This document shows, in pieces, positions 38,730 through 47,819 of a stretch of DNA of 64,000 nt. The position numbers and the translations under genes were made by a program. Under the pieces are notes generated by a model. It searched no databases. It was not told where the DNA came from and saw only the letters and a program-made list of their open reading frames with translations. The first letter of the stretch is position 1, and each line of letters begins with the position of its first letter. Source of the DNA: Candidatus Nanosyncoccus sp. (lineage in GTDB: Bacteria; Patescibacteriota; Saccharimonadia; Saccharimonadales; Saccharimonadaceae); contig JAZUGS010000013.1 in assembly GCA_045641305.1 (NCBI GenBank), positions 421-64,420 of the forward strand, in the 5' to 3' direction.

Positions 38730-39650
38730 TTAATCTCCAGTCGCCTGAATGGCGAAGTTAAATTTGTTGATAGCACAGTAATTAAAATCTTGAACTTTGT
38801 AGTTTTCGGGGGTAGAACAGTAATTGCCGCCGGCCATGATATTGATGCCACCCTTAACCGTAGCGAGAATGAAAGTACCAGAATAAAGGGCGTTTTTGGT
38901 ATATTCGTTTTGAGCAGGTTTGGCAAGATTAAGATCATAGAAAGCGAGATTGTCGTTGCCACTACTTAGAATAATGTCGATAGGGTCTTCGGAAAGTTTG
39001 CCAAAGCGATCGGCGTCGGAGATGTCAAACTCGGTATTGAGATCGGCGGGGGCTTCGTAATTGTCGGCGTCGGTTTTGGTAATGGACGAAACGCAAACGG
39101 AGCGGTTGGGATCGAGAACCTTTAAGAGTCGGAAGTTACTGATGGTTTTCTTTTCGTTGGCATTGTTGCGGTAAGTGAGACTGGCCTTGTCGGGAGTGGC
39201 AACGATATAGCTATTAGAATCAAAGAAATATCCGCTATTCCAGAGATAGGAATAGGTACCTGTACAGAAGGCGCCATAGACTGGGGTGCTCGAAATAACG
39301 GTGCCCTCAGAACCAGCATCTTTGCCAATGGTGACAGTGGCGGTGCGGGTGAGGGAGACAAAATTGTAGGCGCCGTCAGATTCGCAGGCTTCGCGTGGGG
39401 TAGAATTAGCATAGACCGTGGAGCAAAGATTGGTGATTTCCTTGGCGGAAGAATTGGAGATGGCGCTCTTCAAATCGTCGATAATATCCATGCCAGTGGT
39501 GTTAACCTGCTTCATGGTGAGGCCACGTTGATAAGCGGAAACGAGATTAGTAGTGATAACCGCAACTGTAATAGAAAGCAGAGCAATAAAGCCAATAGAA
39601 ATAGCAAGCTCTACAAGAGTAAAACCGGTACGTTTCCGTGTATTATGCAT
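38730..39650 (-). CDS. Type IV minor pilin (PilW-like)
   Basis: Prepilin motif GFTLVELAISI. Confidence 0.85.
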   Translation of the reverse strand: MHNTRKRTGFTLVELAISIGFIALLSITVAVITTNLVSAYQRGLTMKQVNTTGMDIIDDLKSAISNSSAKEITNLCSTVYANSTPREACESDGAYNFVSLTRTATVTIGKDAGSEGTVISSTPVYGAFCTGTYSYLWNSGYFFDSNSYIVATPDKASLTYRNNANEKKTISNFRLLKVLDPNRSVCVSSITKTDADNYEAPADLNTEFDISDADRFGKLSEDPIDIILSSGNDNLAFYDLNLAKPAQNEYTKNALYSGTFILATVKGGINIMAGGNYCSTPENYKVQDFNYCAINKFNFAIQATGD

Positions 39651-39676
39651 ATGTTTATTATAACACATTTGGTATT

Positions 39677-40468
39677 TTACTTGCACCTATTTTGACTTGG
39701 ATCGTCGAGTGGGATTACCTCGACGCTGGAGGAATTACGAGCGCCAGCAGAGAGGCGGACGTTGCGACGTTTGCCACCATAAAGAGTATCGTCGCTGGTG
39801 CTAATGCAAAAATCAACATCTTCGGTGTTTTTGAAATTGCTGAGCGCGGCGAGAAGTGGGTTGAATGGGTTGCCGGTCTGGTTGTGAATGGCCTTGTTGA
39901 CCTCGACGGTCTGGTTGCTGAGTTTTTGCATGACGTAGGTATAGATAGTGCCGGACATGGGCGAGCGAACCACCATGATGGCGCCGTAAAAATCATTGCC
40001 ATTCGTGTCCTGGAGTGTGGCGTCCCACTTAAGCGAGTAGCCTTCGGCATAGCCGGCAGGGGTATAGGTGGTATCACCGTCTTTTTTAAGGACGACATTG
40101 GCATTTAATGTTTTAAGTGCAGCGAGAACATCACTACCGCTAATGGCGCCGTCGGCATCGCCGATGATATCGTAGGTGAAGATTTCTTGACGATTATTGT
40201 CGCCACCACCAAGATTGACAGATTCACCAAAGGTAACGAGCTTGCCATAAATGGCTTTGTCGGAACGACCTTTGTCGATTCCCTGCGGGTCAGAAACTTT
40301 GGAATAAATGCCACGGAGAAACTCGGCAAAATCTTGAGTAGTGTCGTTGTAACGCTGTTGCGAAATGGAATTGTTGGTACTAACCATAATGCCGGCCACA
40401 AGAAGCCCAGTGATAGCAAGAAATAAACCAATTTCAATAAGTGTAAAGCCTTTGCGCATTTTGCTCAT
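39677..40468 (-). CDS. Type IV minor pilin (FimT/GspH-like)
   Basis: Prepilin motif KGFTLIEIGLFL. Confidence 0.85.
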   Translation of the reverse strand: MSKMRKGFTLIEIGLFLAITGLLVAGIMVSTNNSISQQRYNDTTQDFAEFLRGIYSKVSDPQGIDKGRSDKAIYGKLVTFGESVNLGGGDNNRQEIFTYDIIGDADGAISGSDVLAALKTLNANVVLKKDGDTTYTPAGYAEGYSLKWDATLQDTNGNDFYGAIMVVRSPMSGTIYTYVMQKLSNQTVEVNKAIHNQTGNPFNPLLAALSNFKNTEDVDFCISTSDDTLYGGKRRNVRLSAGARNSSSVEVIPLDDPSQNRCK

Positions 40469-40526
40469 GGTTATATTATAACAAAAAATCTCGACTGTGC
40501 GTCGAGATTTTTTAGTATGCGGCTAA

Positions 40527-41051
40527 CTAGTTGTCGTTGCAGTAGGCACCGCTTTCGAGGTAGCCGTAAACGGCGTAGCGACGATCGCCGAGCTTGCTAT
40601 CAAACTCTGGTGCACCATCAGTACATTTTGCAGATTTAATTACATAGACAGTAGTAGCGCCACTATCTGAGCTGAGAGTATATTTCTTACCAGCTGCACC
40701 ATTTTGAACACTAACTAGGTAAGTATTACCGTTTGGATCTATGAAACCATCCTGTAAGTATGACTTGAGGAAGCCATCGGTATAGGTGGATGCGCCGATT
40801 TTAGCATTGGAACCATTCCATGCATAAGTGGCAATAGCTGGCAGAGCGCCACGGTTGTTGGATGAATAGTTAGTAATAGTGGTGGCAAGCAAAGCATAAT
40901 CATCTTTACGCTGCGTATCACGTTGCGAGCTTTGAAGTGCTGGTAAGGCAACGAAGACCATCAAGAAGATGAGACCAGCGATAGCAAGCACGAGCACGAC
41001 TTCGATGATGGTGAAGCCTTTTTTAGCTTTGGCCAAATTTGTTTTTTTCAT
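40527..41051 (-). CDS. Type IV major pilin
   Basis: KGFTIIEVVLVLAIAGLIFLMVFVALPALQSSQRDTQRK; own terminator at about 40486-40512. Confidence 0.9.
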   Translation of the reverse strand: MKKTNLAKAKKGFTIIEVVLVLAIAGLIFLMVFVALPALQSSQRDTQRKDDYALLATTITNYSSNNRGALPAIATYAWNGSNAKIGASTYTDGFLKSYLQDGFIDPNGNTYLVSVQNGAAGKKYTLSSDSGATTVYVIKSAKCTDGAPEFDSKLGDRRYAVYGYLESGAYCNDN

Positions 41052-41111
41052 TAATATCCTTTCTTTTATTAATTTAATCATAACAAAAACTCACAAAAAA
41101 GCAATAGCAGT

Positions 41112-42047
41112 TTAATTCCCTTTTTTGCGATTTTTAGATTTTGCCACAAGGTAGATGATGATGGATATAATAGCAAAGATAATAATGGCGAGCAGCCAGA
41201 TAGGGCAGACAATCAGATTTTTCTCAACAACCGAAATCTCTCCAAAGATTTTTACCACCTGCTTAGCCCTAAAAATCCCAACGAGTGGTAAACTACAAGT
41301 TTGTGAATGATAGCGATTGGTTTCTGGCATTACCAAACTTTTGTCTGGATTTTCTTCATTCGTACAGAGTTCCTCATTAGAGAATAGTGGCCAAACTTGC
41401 AAAGTGTATTCGGCATCAGTATGAATATTGCCGTCATTTTTCACCATTGAAGTCGCAGACAACTCATTGTTTAAGCTAAAGCTTGGAATGCTATTTTGAA
41501 GAATTTGTCCTTCTTCGCGGGTTTCACCAGCGATTTCGGCGTATATAATATATGCAATTTGCCGGTTTTCGACGATTGCAATACCTTCTCCGCCTTGATT
41601 TTTGTCACTATTGTCACGAACAAGAATTGTTGCATACTGGCCACCTGCCGGTGCATCGTTCGGTACATTGATAATATAGTGGATTTGTTGCGTCTCGTTA
41701 GGGGATACGCTCCCAGACTCTGTTATAACTTCGATCCAATCTTTAATCTGGTTATAGCTAGATGTTGCCTCGACGTCTACACTACCATAATCATCACCAG
41801 TCTTTTCGTCTTTCCCCTGGCTAAAAGAACCGACTGATGTTATAAACTCCAAATTAGCCTCGGCATCGTTAGGATTGGAGATATTAAAATACCCATCATA
41901 TCGCTCGCCGGGCGCCAAGATAATAGAATCAGCCATTGGTGAAACATTCATCGTAGATGTTGCGAATATATTTCCTGAACTAGCTAATCCGAAGAAGCCC
42001 GCAATTATTGCGGTAAAAACCGCTACTTTAACTTTTGATAATTTCAT
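41112..42047 (-). CDS. DUF916/WxL-interacting-like surface protein with C-terminal TM (cassette A)
   Basis: VSPMADSIILAPGE...ISNP...P.DAPAGGQYA..., C-terminal TM and basic tail; paralog of 47820-48743. Confidence 0.65.
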   Translation of the reverse strand: MKLSKVKVAVFTAIIAGFFGLASSGNIFATSTMNVSPMADSIILAPGERYDGYFNISNPNDAEANLEFITSVGSFSQGKDEKTGDDYGSVDVEATSSYNQIKDWIEVITESGSVSPNETQQIHYIINVPNDAPAGGQYATILVRDNSDKNQGGEGIAIVENRQIAYIIYAEIAGETREEGQILQNSIPSFSLNNELSATSMVKNDGNIHTDAEYTLQVWPLFSNEELCTNEENPDKSLVMPETNRYHSQTCSLPLVGIFRAKQVVKIFGEISVVEKNLIVCPIWLLAIIIFAIISIIIYLVAKSKNRKKGN

Positions 42048-42059
42048 AATCTCCTTTAC

Positions 42060-42620
42060 TTATTTATTAAATGTGCAAGAAAAATTCTTGTCTTCGTAGT
42101 TTTTTACAACTTCATCTGCTGACGAAAAATCGAGTTTTTCAAATGTGTCCGAATCGATATAAAACAACTTTGCTGTCTGGCTTGTAAGTTGACCTATCTC
42201 GCCAAATAAATTGATCTGCATTGAGGAATCCGTATGGGAAAAAGAGGGTGAGAAGGATTCGGGATTTTTTGAGGTAGTACTCATAAAGATATTGTAATCG
42301 GCATGAGCAGAAGCATCTGCGTATCTTGCGCTTTCTTCTGAGCCGTATTCGCCATTATAAGTGAATGATATTTTGTCTGCTGTGCCACTCCTAAAAGTAA
42401 GTTTTACGGTATAAAGCGAGGATTCGGAAATATCCTCAAAAAACGAAACAAAAGATGGTTTTGAAGATTTGCAAATAACTGGGCTAATACTGTCCTGAAC
42501 TTTTTCCACTGAGGTTGTAGTAGTTTTTTCTTGAAAAAGAAAATATATTCCAACGGACACAATGATAAAGCACAGAATTATTATTGCATATTTAAAAGTA
42601 TAATCTTTTTTCTTATCCAT
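42060..42620 (-). CDS. N-terminally anchored surface protein (cassette A)
   Basis: Single TM and a terminal Cys pair; paralog of 47194-47778. Confidence 0.7.
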   Translation of the reverse strand: MDKKKDYTFKYAIIILCFIIVSVGIYFLFQEKTTTTSVEKVQDSISPVICKSSKPSFVSFFEDISESSLYTVKLTFRSGTADKISFTYNGEYGSEESARYADASAHADYNIFMSTTSKNPESFSPSFSHTDSSMQINLFGEIGQLTSQTAKLFYIDSDTFEKLDFSSADEVVKNYEDKNFSCTFNK

Positions 42621-42692
42621 AATTAGTCCTAAAAGCACAGCCCCCTAAAGAGCTGTGCTTAATAACTTGCCCACTAGCAATCAGGCACCTAA

Positions 42693-43262
42693 TTAGTTCT
42701 TAGGGTGTGCGAGGGTGTAGGTTACTTTACCAGTATAGGTATCAGCTTGTTGAGTGTCGCTGATCCAGACTTGGTAGGTAGAAGTGATGGTCGTACCAGC
42801 CTGACCAATAGAGCCGTCAGTGTCAGAGGCAACATCGGTTGCAGTAGATGGAATGGCCATAAAGGATTTGTATCCTTCTACAGCTTTGTCACCAGCAACT
42901 TTGAATGCCCAGTTGGAAGTTGCGCCAGAAGTTGCCGTACCAGTAGCGATATCGGTGCCATTTTTAGTAGCATTCATTGCGGTTTTATTAGTAGTATCGT
43001 CACCAGCTCCAACAGCAGTCAAATGCCAACCAGAAACATCGTTACATTTAATAGTTAATTCTGAACCAGCAAAGTCGCTTTTAAGTTGGTTGTTGGTCAT
43101 AGTTTCTGTCGGGGTAGCACCAGTGCCACTCAAAGAACAAGCTGAATCGATGGTAACCGTAACTGTATCAGTAATTGGAGTTAAGGTATCCGCCGCAAGG
43201 ACACCCATAACTGGAGTGGCGGCTAAAGCTGCAGCTGCGACTACACCTAAAGTTTTTTTCAT
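42693..43262 (-). CDS. Secreted WxL/Csu-pilin-like beta-sandwich subunit (cassette A)
   Basis: Signal peptide; VTVTIDSACSL...LTIKCN...WAFKV...TYTGKVTYTLA; paralog of 46416-47111. Confidence 0.65.
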   Translation of the reverse strand: MKKTLGVVAAAALAATPVMGVLAADTLTPITDTVTVTIDSACSLSGTGATPTETMTNNQLKSDFAGSELTIKCNDVSGWHLTAVGAGDDTTNKTAMNATKNGTDIATGTATSGATSNWAFKVAGDKAVEGYKSFMAIPSTATDVASDTDGSIGQAGTTITSTYQVWISDTQQADTYTGKVTYTLAHPKN

Positions 43263-43326
43263 ATTAATATGTTTCCTTTCCCACCTTTTATGGCGGAAAT
43301 TATAGTTTATATTTGTGTTAAAATAT
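43227..43326. repeat. Left arm of a 99-100 bp inverted repeat
   Basis: Reverse complement of 46353-46451 except for a 1-nt indel in a T run; covers the 5' UTR and first 12 codons. Confidence 0.95.
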
Positions 43327-43344
43327 GACCTTTAACATTTCTTA

Positions 43345-43373
43345 TTATACGTAAGCGTAATGTGGTTGTCAAG
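43345..43373 (-). promoter_or_regulatory. Consensus sigma70 promoter driving cassette A
   Basis: TTGACA-accacattacgcttacg(17)-TATAAT, just inside the left inverted repeat. Confidence 0.9.
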
Positions 43374-43639
43374 CATTTTTGTGAAAAAATTTCTACATAA
43401 AATACGGCAGGGTATTATAGCTGAGCAAAATTAGCCGTAATTGATTAATGCCTCAAAAAACCGGCATTCGCGGTCGGTACAAGAACCAAACAGAAAATAA
43501 TTGCACGCAGATGTATATACCGAGAGTAGATTTTGATATTTTACAAATATTTTGTGAGAAAATTTATACAAAAGCTTAGGCTAAATTACTCTAAATGCTT
43601 GATATATACGATTCCTATTATCTGTGATAAAATATAATT

Positions 43640-44341
43640 ATGAAAGAAAAAAACCGTCAATTTGTAATATTTGGGGATTTTCGCAAGATTTCTTCTGGCG
43701 AACTAACAGAGAAACTTGCAAAGCTAAAAGACACCTTTAAGTATCAACCTGGGTTGTCGCTAGATCCGGATAGCTTTGGCTTAGGGCAACCTAGCTTTGT
43801 CCCACAATTGTCTAGACCAGCGTTTTATTCACAAAGTGGTAACGAATCTATAATTTTTGGAGTTAATAGAATTGTCCTACAGGAAAATACGGCCGACATA
43901 GACAACTATGATGATTTTATTCTAAACTGCATTAACATAACAGAAGAAATTATAAAAAAATTGGGAACTCGTGTTGCGCGGATAGCGGTAAATGGAGCTT
44001 TCTTATCCGACCAGACGCAAAAGACAGACGCTATCTATGATAAAATATTTAATTCTGATTATTCTTTGTGCGATAGTTGTTCTGATGAATGGAGAATAAC
44101 GACAAACGGCAAAAATAATGACGTGAATTTAGGTTGCTCCATCAATAGGGTTGTAAACATAATAAGGGGTAACGGAATTATTTCACCGGATGGAGCAATT
44201 GTTGGTCCCCTTGTGACTATGTATGATTATAACACCGAGGCCGAATATGCTGGCGATTTCCATCTTAAAGATATAAAAATTTTTGCAGACACAGCTAAAG
44301 AATTCAGGAAGCAAGTAAAAAGTTTATGTTCCAACCAATAG
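43640..44341 (+). CDS. Hypothetical protein, TIGR04255-like
   Basis: Low-GC 233-aa ORF with RIVLQ...RIAVNG...DYNT pattern; first gene of a 3-gene operon. Confidence 0.5.
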   Translation: MKEKNRQFVIFGDFRKISSGELTEKLAKLKDTFKYQPGLSLDPDSFGLGQPSFVPQLSRPAFYSQSGNESIIFGVNRIVLQENTADIDNYDDFILNCINITEEIIKKLGTRVARIAVNGAFLSDQTQKTDAIYDKIFNSDYSLCDSCSDEWRITTNGKNNDVNLGCSINRVVNIIRGNGIISPDGAIVGPLVTMYDYNTEAEYAGDFHLKDIKIFADTAKEFRKQVKSLCSNQ

Positions 44342-44877
44342 CAATACCGCAACCAGAAACATCATATATATTATACAACTGCCCAAGCGAGGATAGCTTA
44401 TCGATAAGTGTGCCTGCAAAAAATTTATCTTCTGCTTTTAGTGATAGTACCATACAATGTACAAACAATTATAAAAATAACGGCGACATAGCAATATATA
44501 GTCTTATCACAAGGTTGAGTACACTTACCGCGGAAGATTTTTTACCAAGCAACGATACTACGTGGTATTTAGATGAGATTGCAAAAACAAAATATAGCCC
44601 TTGGTATAATTCGCTTCTGTCCAAGATTAAGAGTGCTCCATTTGTTGTTCAATATGCGTTTCTGTCATTTTTGTCAGACCAATCTTATAATGAAGTTAAT
44701 CCATACGAAGAACAGTTGACGTTTAGTGTGTTAAAATCCAACGATGTCATTTTGCAAGAACGAGCGCTTAATGTCCTATTATCTTGGGGAAATTTTTCAA
44801 ATAAACAGGCTCTGGTTGGTATAAAAATAAAAAATAAGTTTCTTAATAAGATTTTTATGGATTTTATAAATGCCTAA
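44326..44877 (+). CDS. Hypothetical protein
   Basis: Overlaps both neighbours; low GC. Confidence 0.65.
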   Translation: MFQPIAIPQPETSYILYNCPSEDSLSISVPAKNLSSAFSDSTIQCTNNYKNNGDIAIYSLITRLSTLTAEDFLPSNDTTWYLDEIAKTKYSPWYNSLLSKIKSAPFVVQYAFLSFLSDQSYNEVNPYEEQLTFSVLKSNDVILQERALNVLLSWGNFSNKQALVGIKIKNKFLNKIFMDFINA

Positions 44878-45442
44878 TCCTAGCGGCAGATATTTTGCAC
44901 GTCTACTCACGTTTGGGGTAGGACTTTGGCCAGACGGCGAAAATACTCCATTTGAAAATGTGAATAAAATATGTGCAGATGTTATAACGCAAGAGTTAAA
45001 AACGGCACAAAATACTTTGTCTTGGTGGGTATTAGATAGTCTAGACGATAACAATATTATAACTGCCGTTGCAGCCATAATATCTACTTTTAATAAACCT
45101 ATCGATGAGATAATGTACTTAGTGGCTATACCCGTGGAGGCTATGCCTGAAAAAATAGTATTTAAGAACAGCCCAGAAAATGCACGCGTTGCGATAGTTG
45201 ATTTCAAGTCTAATCATTTTGATTCTGTGGACATGAATTATAATAGCATAGGGATTGTCGCAGAGATAATTGCGCGAGGAACTAGCGGGATTGATGATAC
45301 GATAAAAATAATACCAGTATGTACAAAAAATGCTGTAAAGCTATTGGCGTCACTTAGCGAAGAAGATGGAAAACTTGATGCAACCGCACTTGGAGATAAG
45401 ATGCGGAAGCTTATCCGGCAACAAATAGACCAACCAAAATGA
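44870..45442 (+). CDS. Hypothetical protein, possible ADP-ribosyltransferase-like toxin
   Basis: YFAR and ELKTAQNTLSWW could correspond to the R and S strands of an R-S-E ART fold (inference). Confidence 0.4.
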   Translation: MPNPSGRYFARLLTFGVGLWPDGENTPFENVNKICADVITQELKTAQNTLSWWVLDSLDDNNIITAVAAIISTFNKPIDEIMYLVAIPVEAMPEKIVFKNSPENARVAIVDFKSNHFDSVDMNYNSIGIVAEIIARGTSGIDDTIKIIPVCTKNAVKLLASLSEEDGKLDATALGDKMRKLIRQQIDQPK

Positions 45443-45495
45443 CCTCGATCGTATAGTTAAATACGAAATTTACGATTCCAAGACTTTGGTATAAC

Positions 45496-45666
45496 TTAAT
45501 TTCGTTGTGTCATCCCTGCTTTTTTGATTATTTTATCTTGTTCCCGTTTAGCTTCACTTAAAGAAACACGAAAGATAATTCTGGCATTTTCGCTCATATT
45601 CGGCGAAACCATATCATCTAATGTTGGTTTATTTTTCATGAATTTAAGTTTTATTTTATCAATCAT
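45496..45666 (-). CDS. 56-aa protein translationally coupled to the zeta-like gene
   Basis: Hand-translated MIDKIKLKFMKNKPTLDDMVSPNMSENARIIFRVSLSEAKREQDKIIKKAGMTQRN; start overlaps the upstream stop. Confidence 0.55.
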   Translation of the reverse strand: MIDKIKLKFMKNKPTLDDMVSPNMSENARIIFRVSLSEAKREQDKIIKKAGMTQRN

Positions 45667-46348
45667 TTAAGATATATTCCTTTAAGCTTTCTCTATTATA
45701 ACAGTTATATTGAATTTTGTCAATTTCATTTATTGAAACGTCTTCCTTATAATCGCCTACAATATTATCCTTATTTTTTACAACTACATCTAATATTATT
45801 TTATCACATTCTATTTTTACATCTTTTATATTTTTTGTGATTTTAAAATAAGAATCAATAAAGCCATCTATGGCAATAGCACGATGTTCGACCTTCTCCC
45901 TAGCGAGAGTAAAATTCCATGCTATTTTTGGGTCTTGAAAGATGTATATGATTTTGACCTTATAGCCATGCGAAATTGCCCTTCTTACATCAAAAAGCGC
46001 ACTTTTACTGCTGAATGTGCCGTCCATAATAAAATCAATGCCTCTTTTCACTACGATGTCATAAGTTTTATTTAGTAAAGCTGATGCTCCAGCTCGATAT
46101 CTATCCGCTATCTCTGGACTATATCCGTCAATCTTCGTGGCGATTTCGTCCATATCCAGACGAACCACATTTAAATTGGATAAGCGGATGAGGCTCTTTG
46201 TAAATTCCGTTTTTCCAGCTCCAGGGAGACCAGCCATAAATATGGCTGTTTTTTGGCCATCTGATTTTGCACCAGATTCGCTAATCAATTTGTTAGCAAA
46301 ATCTTTTTTATGTGAATTAATCCATGACTTTATCCCTACATAATCCAT
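45659..46348 (-). CDS. Zeta toxin-like P-loop kinase
   Basis: IFMAGLPGAGKTEF, LDMDEI, FIMDGTF, GYKVKIIY and REK..HR motifs. Confidence 0.8.
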   Translation of the reverse strand: MDYVGIKSWINSHKKDFANKLISESGAKSDGQKTAIFMAGLPGAGKTEFTKSLIRLSNLNVVRLDMDEIATKIDGYSPEIADRYRAGASALLNKTYDIVVKRGIDFIMDGTFSSKSALFDVRRAISHGYKVKIIYIFQDPKIAWNFTLAREKVEHRAIAIDGFIDSYFKITKNIKDVKIECDKIILDVVVKNKDNIVGDYKEDVSINEIDKIQYNCYNRESLKEYILND

Positions 46349-46352
46349 GTGT

Positions 46353-46451
46353 ATATTTTAACACAAATATAAACTATAATTTCCGCCATAAAGGTGGGAA
46401 AGGAAACATATTAATATGAAAAAAACTTTAGGTGTAGTCGCAGCTGCAGCT
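46353..46451. repeat. Right arm of the 99-100 bp inverted repeat
   Basis: Reverse complement of 43227-43326. Confidence 0.95.
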
Positions 46452-47111
46452 ATGGCTGCTACCCCGATGTTTGGCGTTTTGGCCGAAGGCCCAGTAGACG
46501 TGACTTCGCACACTGATAATATTTCGGTCAACATTGGCGCAGTTTGTACTCTCGGTGGCGTTACTGAAGGTGTTACTACTGGCGTTAATGCCACTACTCA
46601 CGCAAATGGCGACGGTTCTCCAGCTTTGGGCGCTTGGGATAAAAGTGATGCTTCTGGGACCAATACACTTAGCGGCACAATGATTCCGGGTTCTGCCGAT
46701 GCAGATTTTGGTTCTAGTACGTTCACCATTAAATGCAACAACGCTAAGGGATATACGCTTTCCGCTATTGGTGATGGCACCGAAAACCATACTACCCAAC
46801 TTTATGATTCAACAAGCGAAAAATCCATTGCCACTGCTGATGGCACTCCAGCTAAAACTTCGTCCGCTTGGGCATTCAAGTTTGAATCTACAGCAAAGAA
46901 AAAAGATGGCAATACTTCAATCATTGCCACTGGCTATGATGCATTCAAAGGCATCCCAGCAGCTTCTACTGTAGTTGCTTCTCAAGACAAAGCCAATGAT
47001 TTGGCTACTGGTGAGACCGTTAAGGTTACTTATGCCGTTAGTGTTTCTACTGCACAGGAAGAGGGTACTTATACCGGTGCAGTTGCCTATACGCTCGCTC
47101 AAGTCAACTAA
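46416..47111 (+). CDS. Secreted WxL/Csu-pilin-like subunit (cassette B)
   Basis: Same first 12 residues as 42693-43262; ISVNIGAVCTL...FTIKCN...WAFKF...TYTGAVAYTLA. Confidence 0.65.
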   Translation: MKKTLGVVAAAAMAATPMFGVLAEGPVDVTSHTDNISVNIGAVCTLGGVTEGVTTGVNATTHANGDGSPALGAWDKSDASGTNTLSGTMIPGSADADFGSSTFTIKCNNAKGYTLSAIGDGTENHTTQLYDSTSEKSIATADGTPAKTSSAWAFKFESTAKKKDGNTSIIATGYDAFKGIPAASTVVASQDKANDLATGETVKVTYAVSVSTAQEEGTYTGAVAYTLAQVN

Positions 47112-47193
47112 TTTGATTCAAGCTAGAGGCTTTAAAAGCTACCGTCTGATTGTGGGCGGTAGCTTTATTGCTAAAAATATTTAAGGAAATACC

Positions 47194-47778
47194 ATGGGAT
47201 CAGAAAAATTAGAGAAGAAAGACGGGGATAAAAAAAATAAGGCTACTAGTATTATGATTATAGCCACGATTTTGGCTGCCATAATTATTGTACTACTAAC
47301 ATTATTGCTTAGCGGAAAAACTACTACTACCGGCAATTATCCAGATAATGAAAGTAACAAGTCATTGACATGTGTTAGTAATGATATCAATTATCCTATC
47401 TTTACTTATGATAATTCCACTAAGAAAGAAGCTAAAATTAATATATTATTTTCTAATGATAGCATAAGATCTATTGCTCTTACATACAGTTTGTATTATG
47501 GCGATGCTACTAGTATTATAGCTAGCGAGGCGCATAATCATGCAGCGATGAACATCAGCTTTGGTGCTAATAATTTAGGCACAGACGCCCTTAATGCGAA
47601 ATATGCCAAATTAGAAAATCGTATGCAAATGAACTTATATGCTACCAATAGCGAAATAAATAATGTTGCTTTGAGATATTTCTTGATAAACATAGATAAT
47701 GATCCTACCCCTGATACCGTGTCTAGTTACAAGGCTATTTATGAAGATGAAGGCATGAATTGTGAAGAAAGCGAATAA
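47194..47778 (+). CDS. N-terminally anchored surface protein (cassette B)
   Basis: Paralog of 42060-42620 (A(E/H)..H(A/D)..NI..., MQ.NL(F/Y), terminal Cys). Confidence 0.7.
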   Translation: MGSEKLEKKDGDKKNKATSIMIIATILAAIIIVLLTLLLSGKTTTTGNYPDNESNKSLTCVSNDINYPIFTYDNSTKKEAKINILFSNDSIRSIALTYSLYYGDATSIIASEAHNHAAMNISFGANNLGTDALNAKYAKLENRMQMNLYATNSEINNVALRYFLINIDNDPTPDTVSSYKAIYEDEGMNCEESE

Positions 47779-47819
47779 TAGAGAATGAGCTCTTAAAATT
47801 ATTAATAACAAGGAGATAT

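Noticed and set aside
45445-45480. Partial match (ATCGTATAG ... ACGATTC) to the boxes flanking the 601-aa gene
   Set aside because: The match is only 7-9 bp and is adequately explained as a hairpin between convergent genes.
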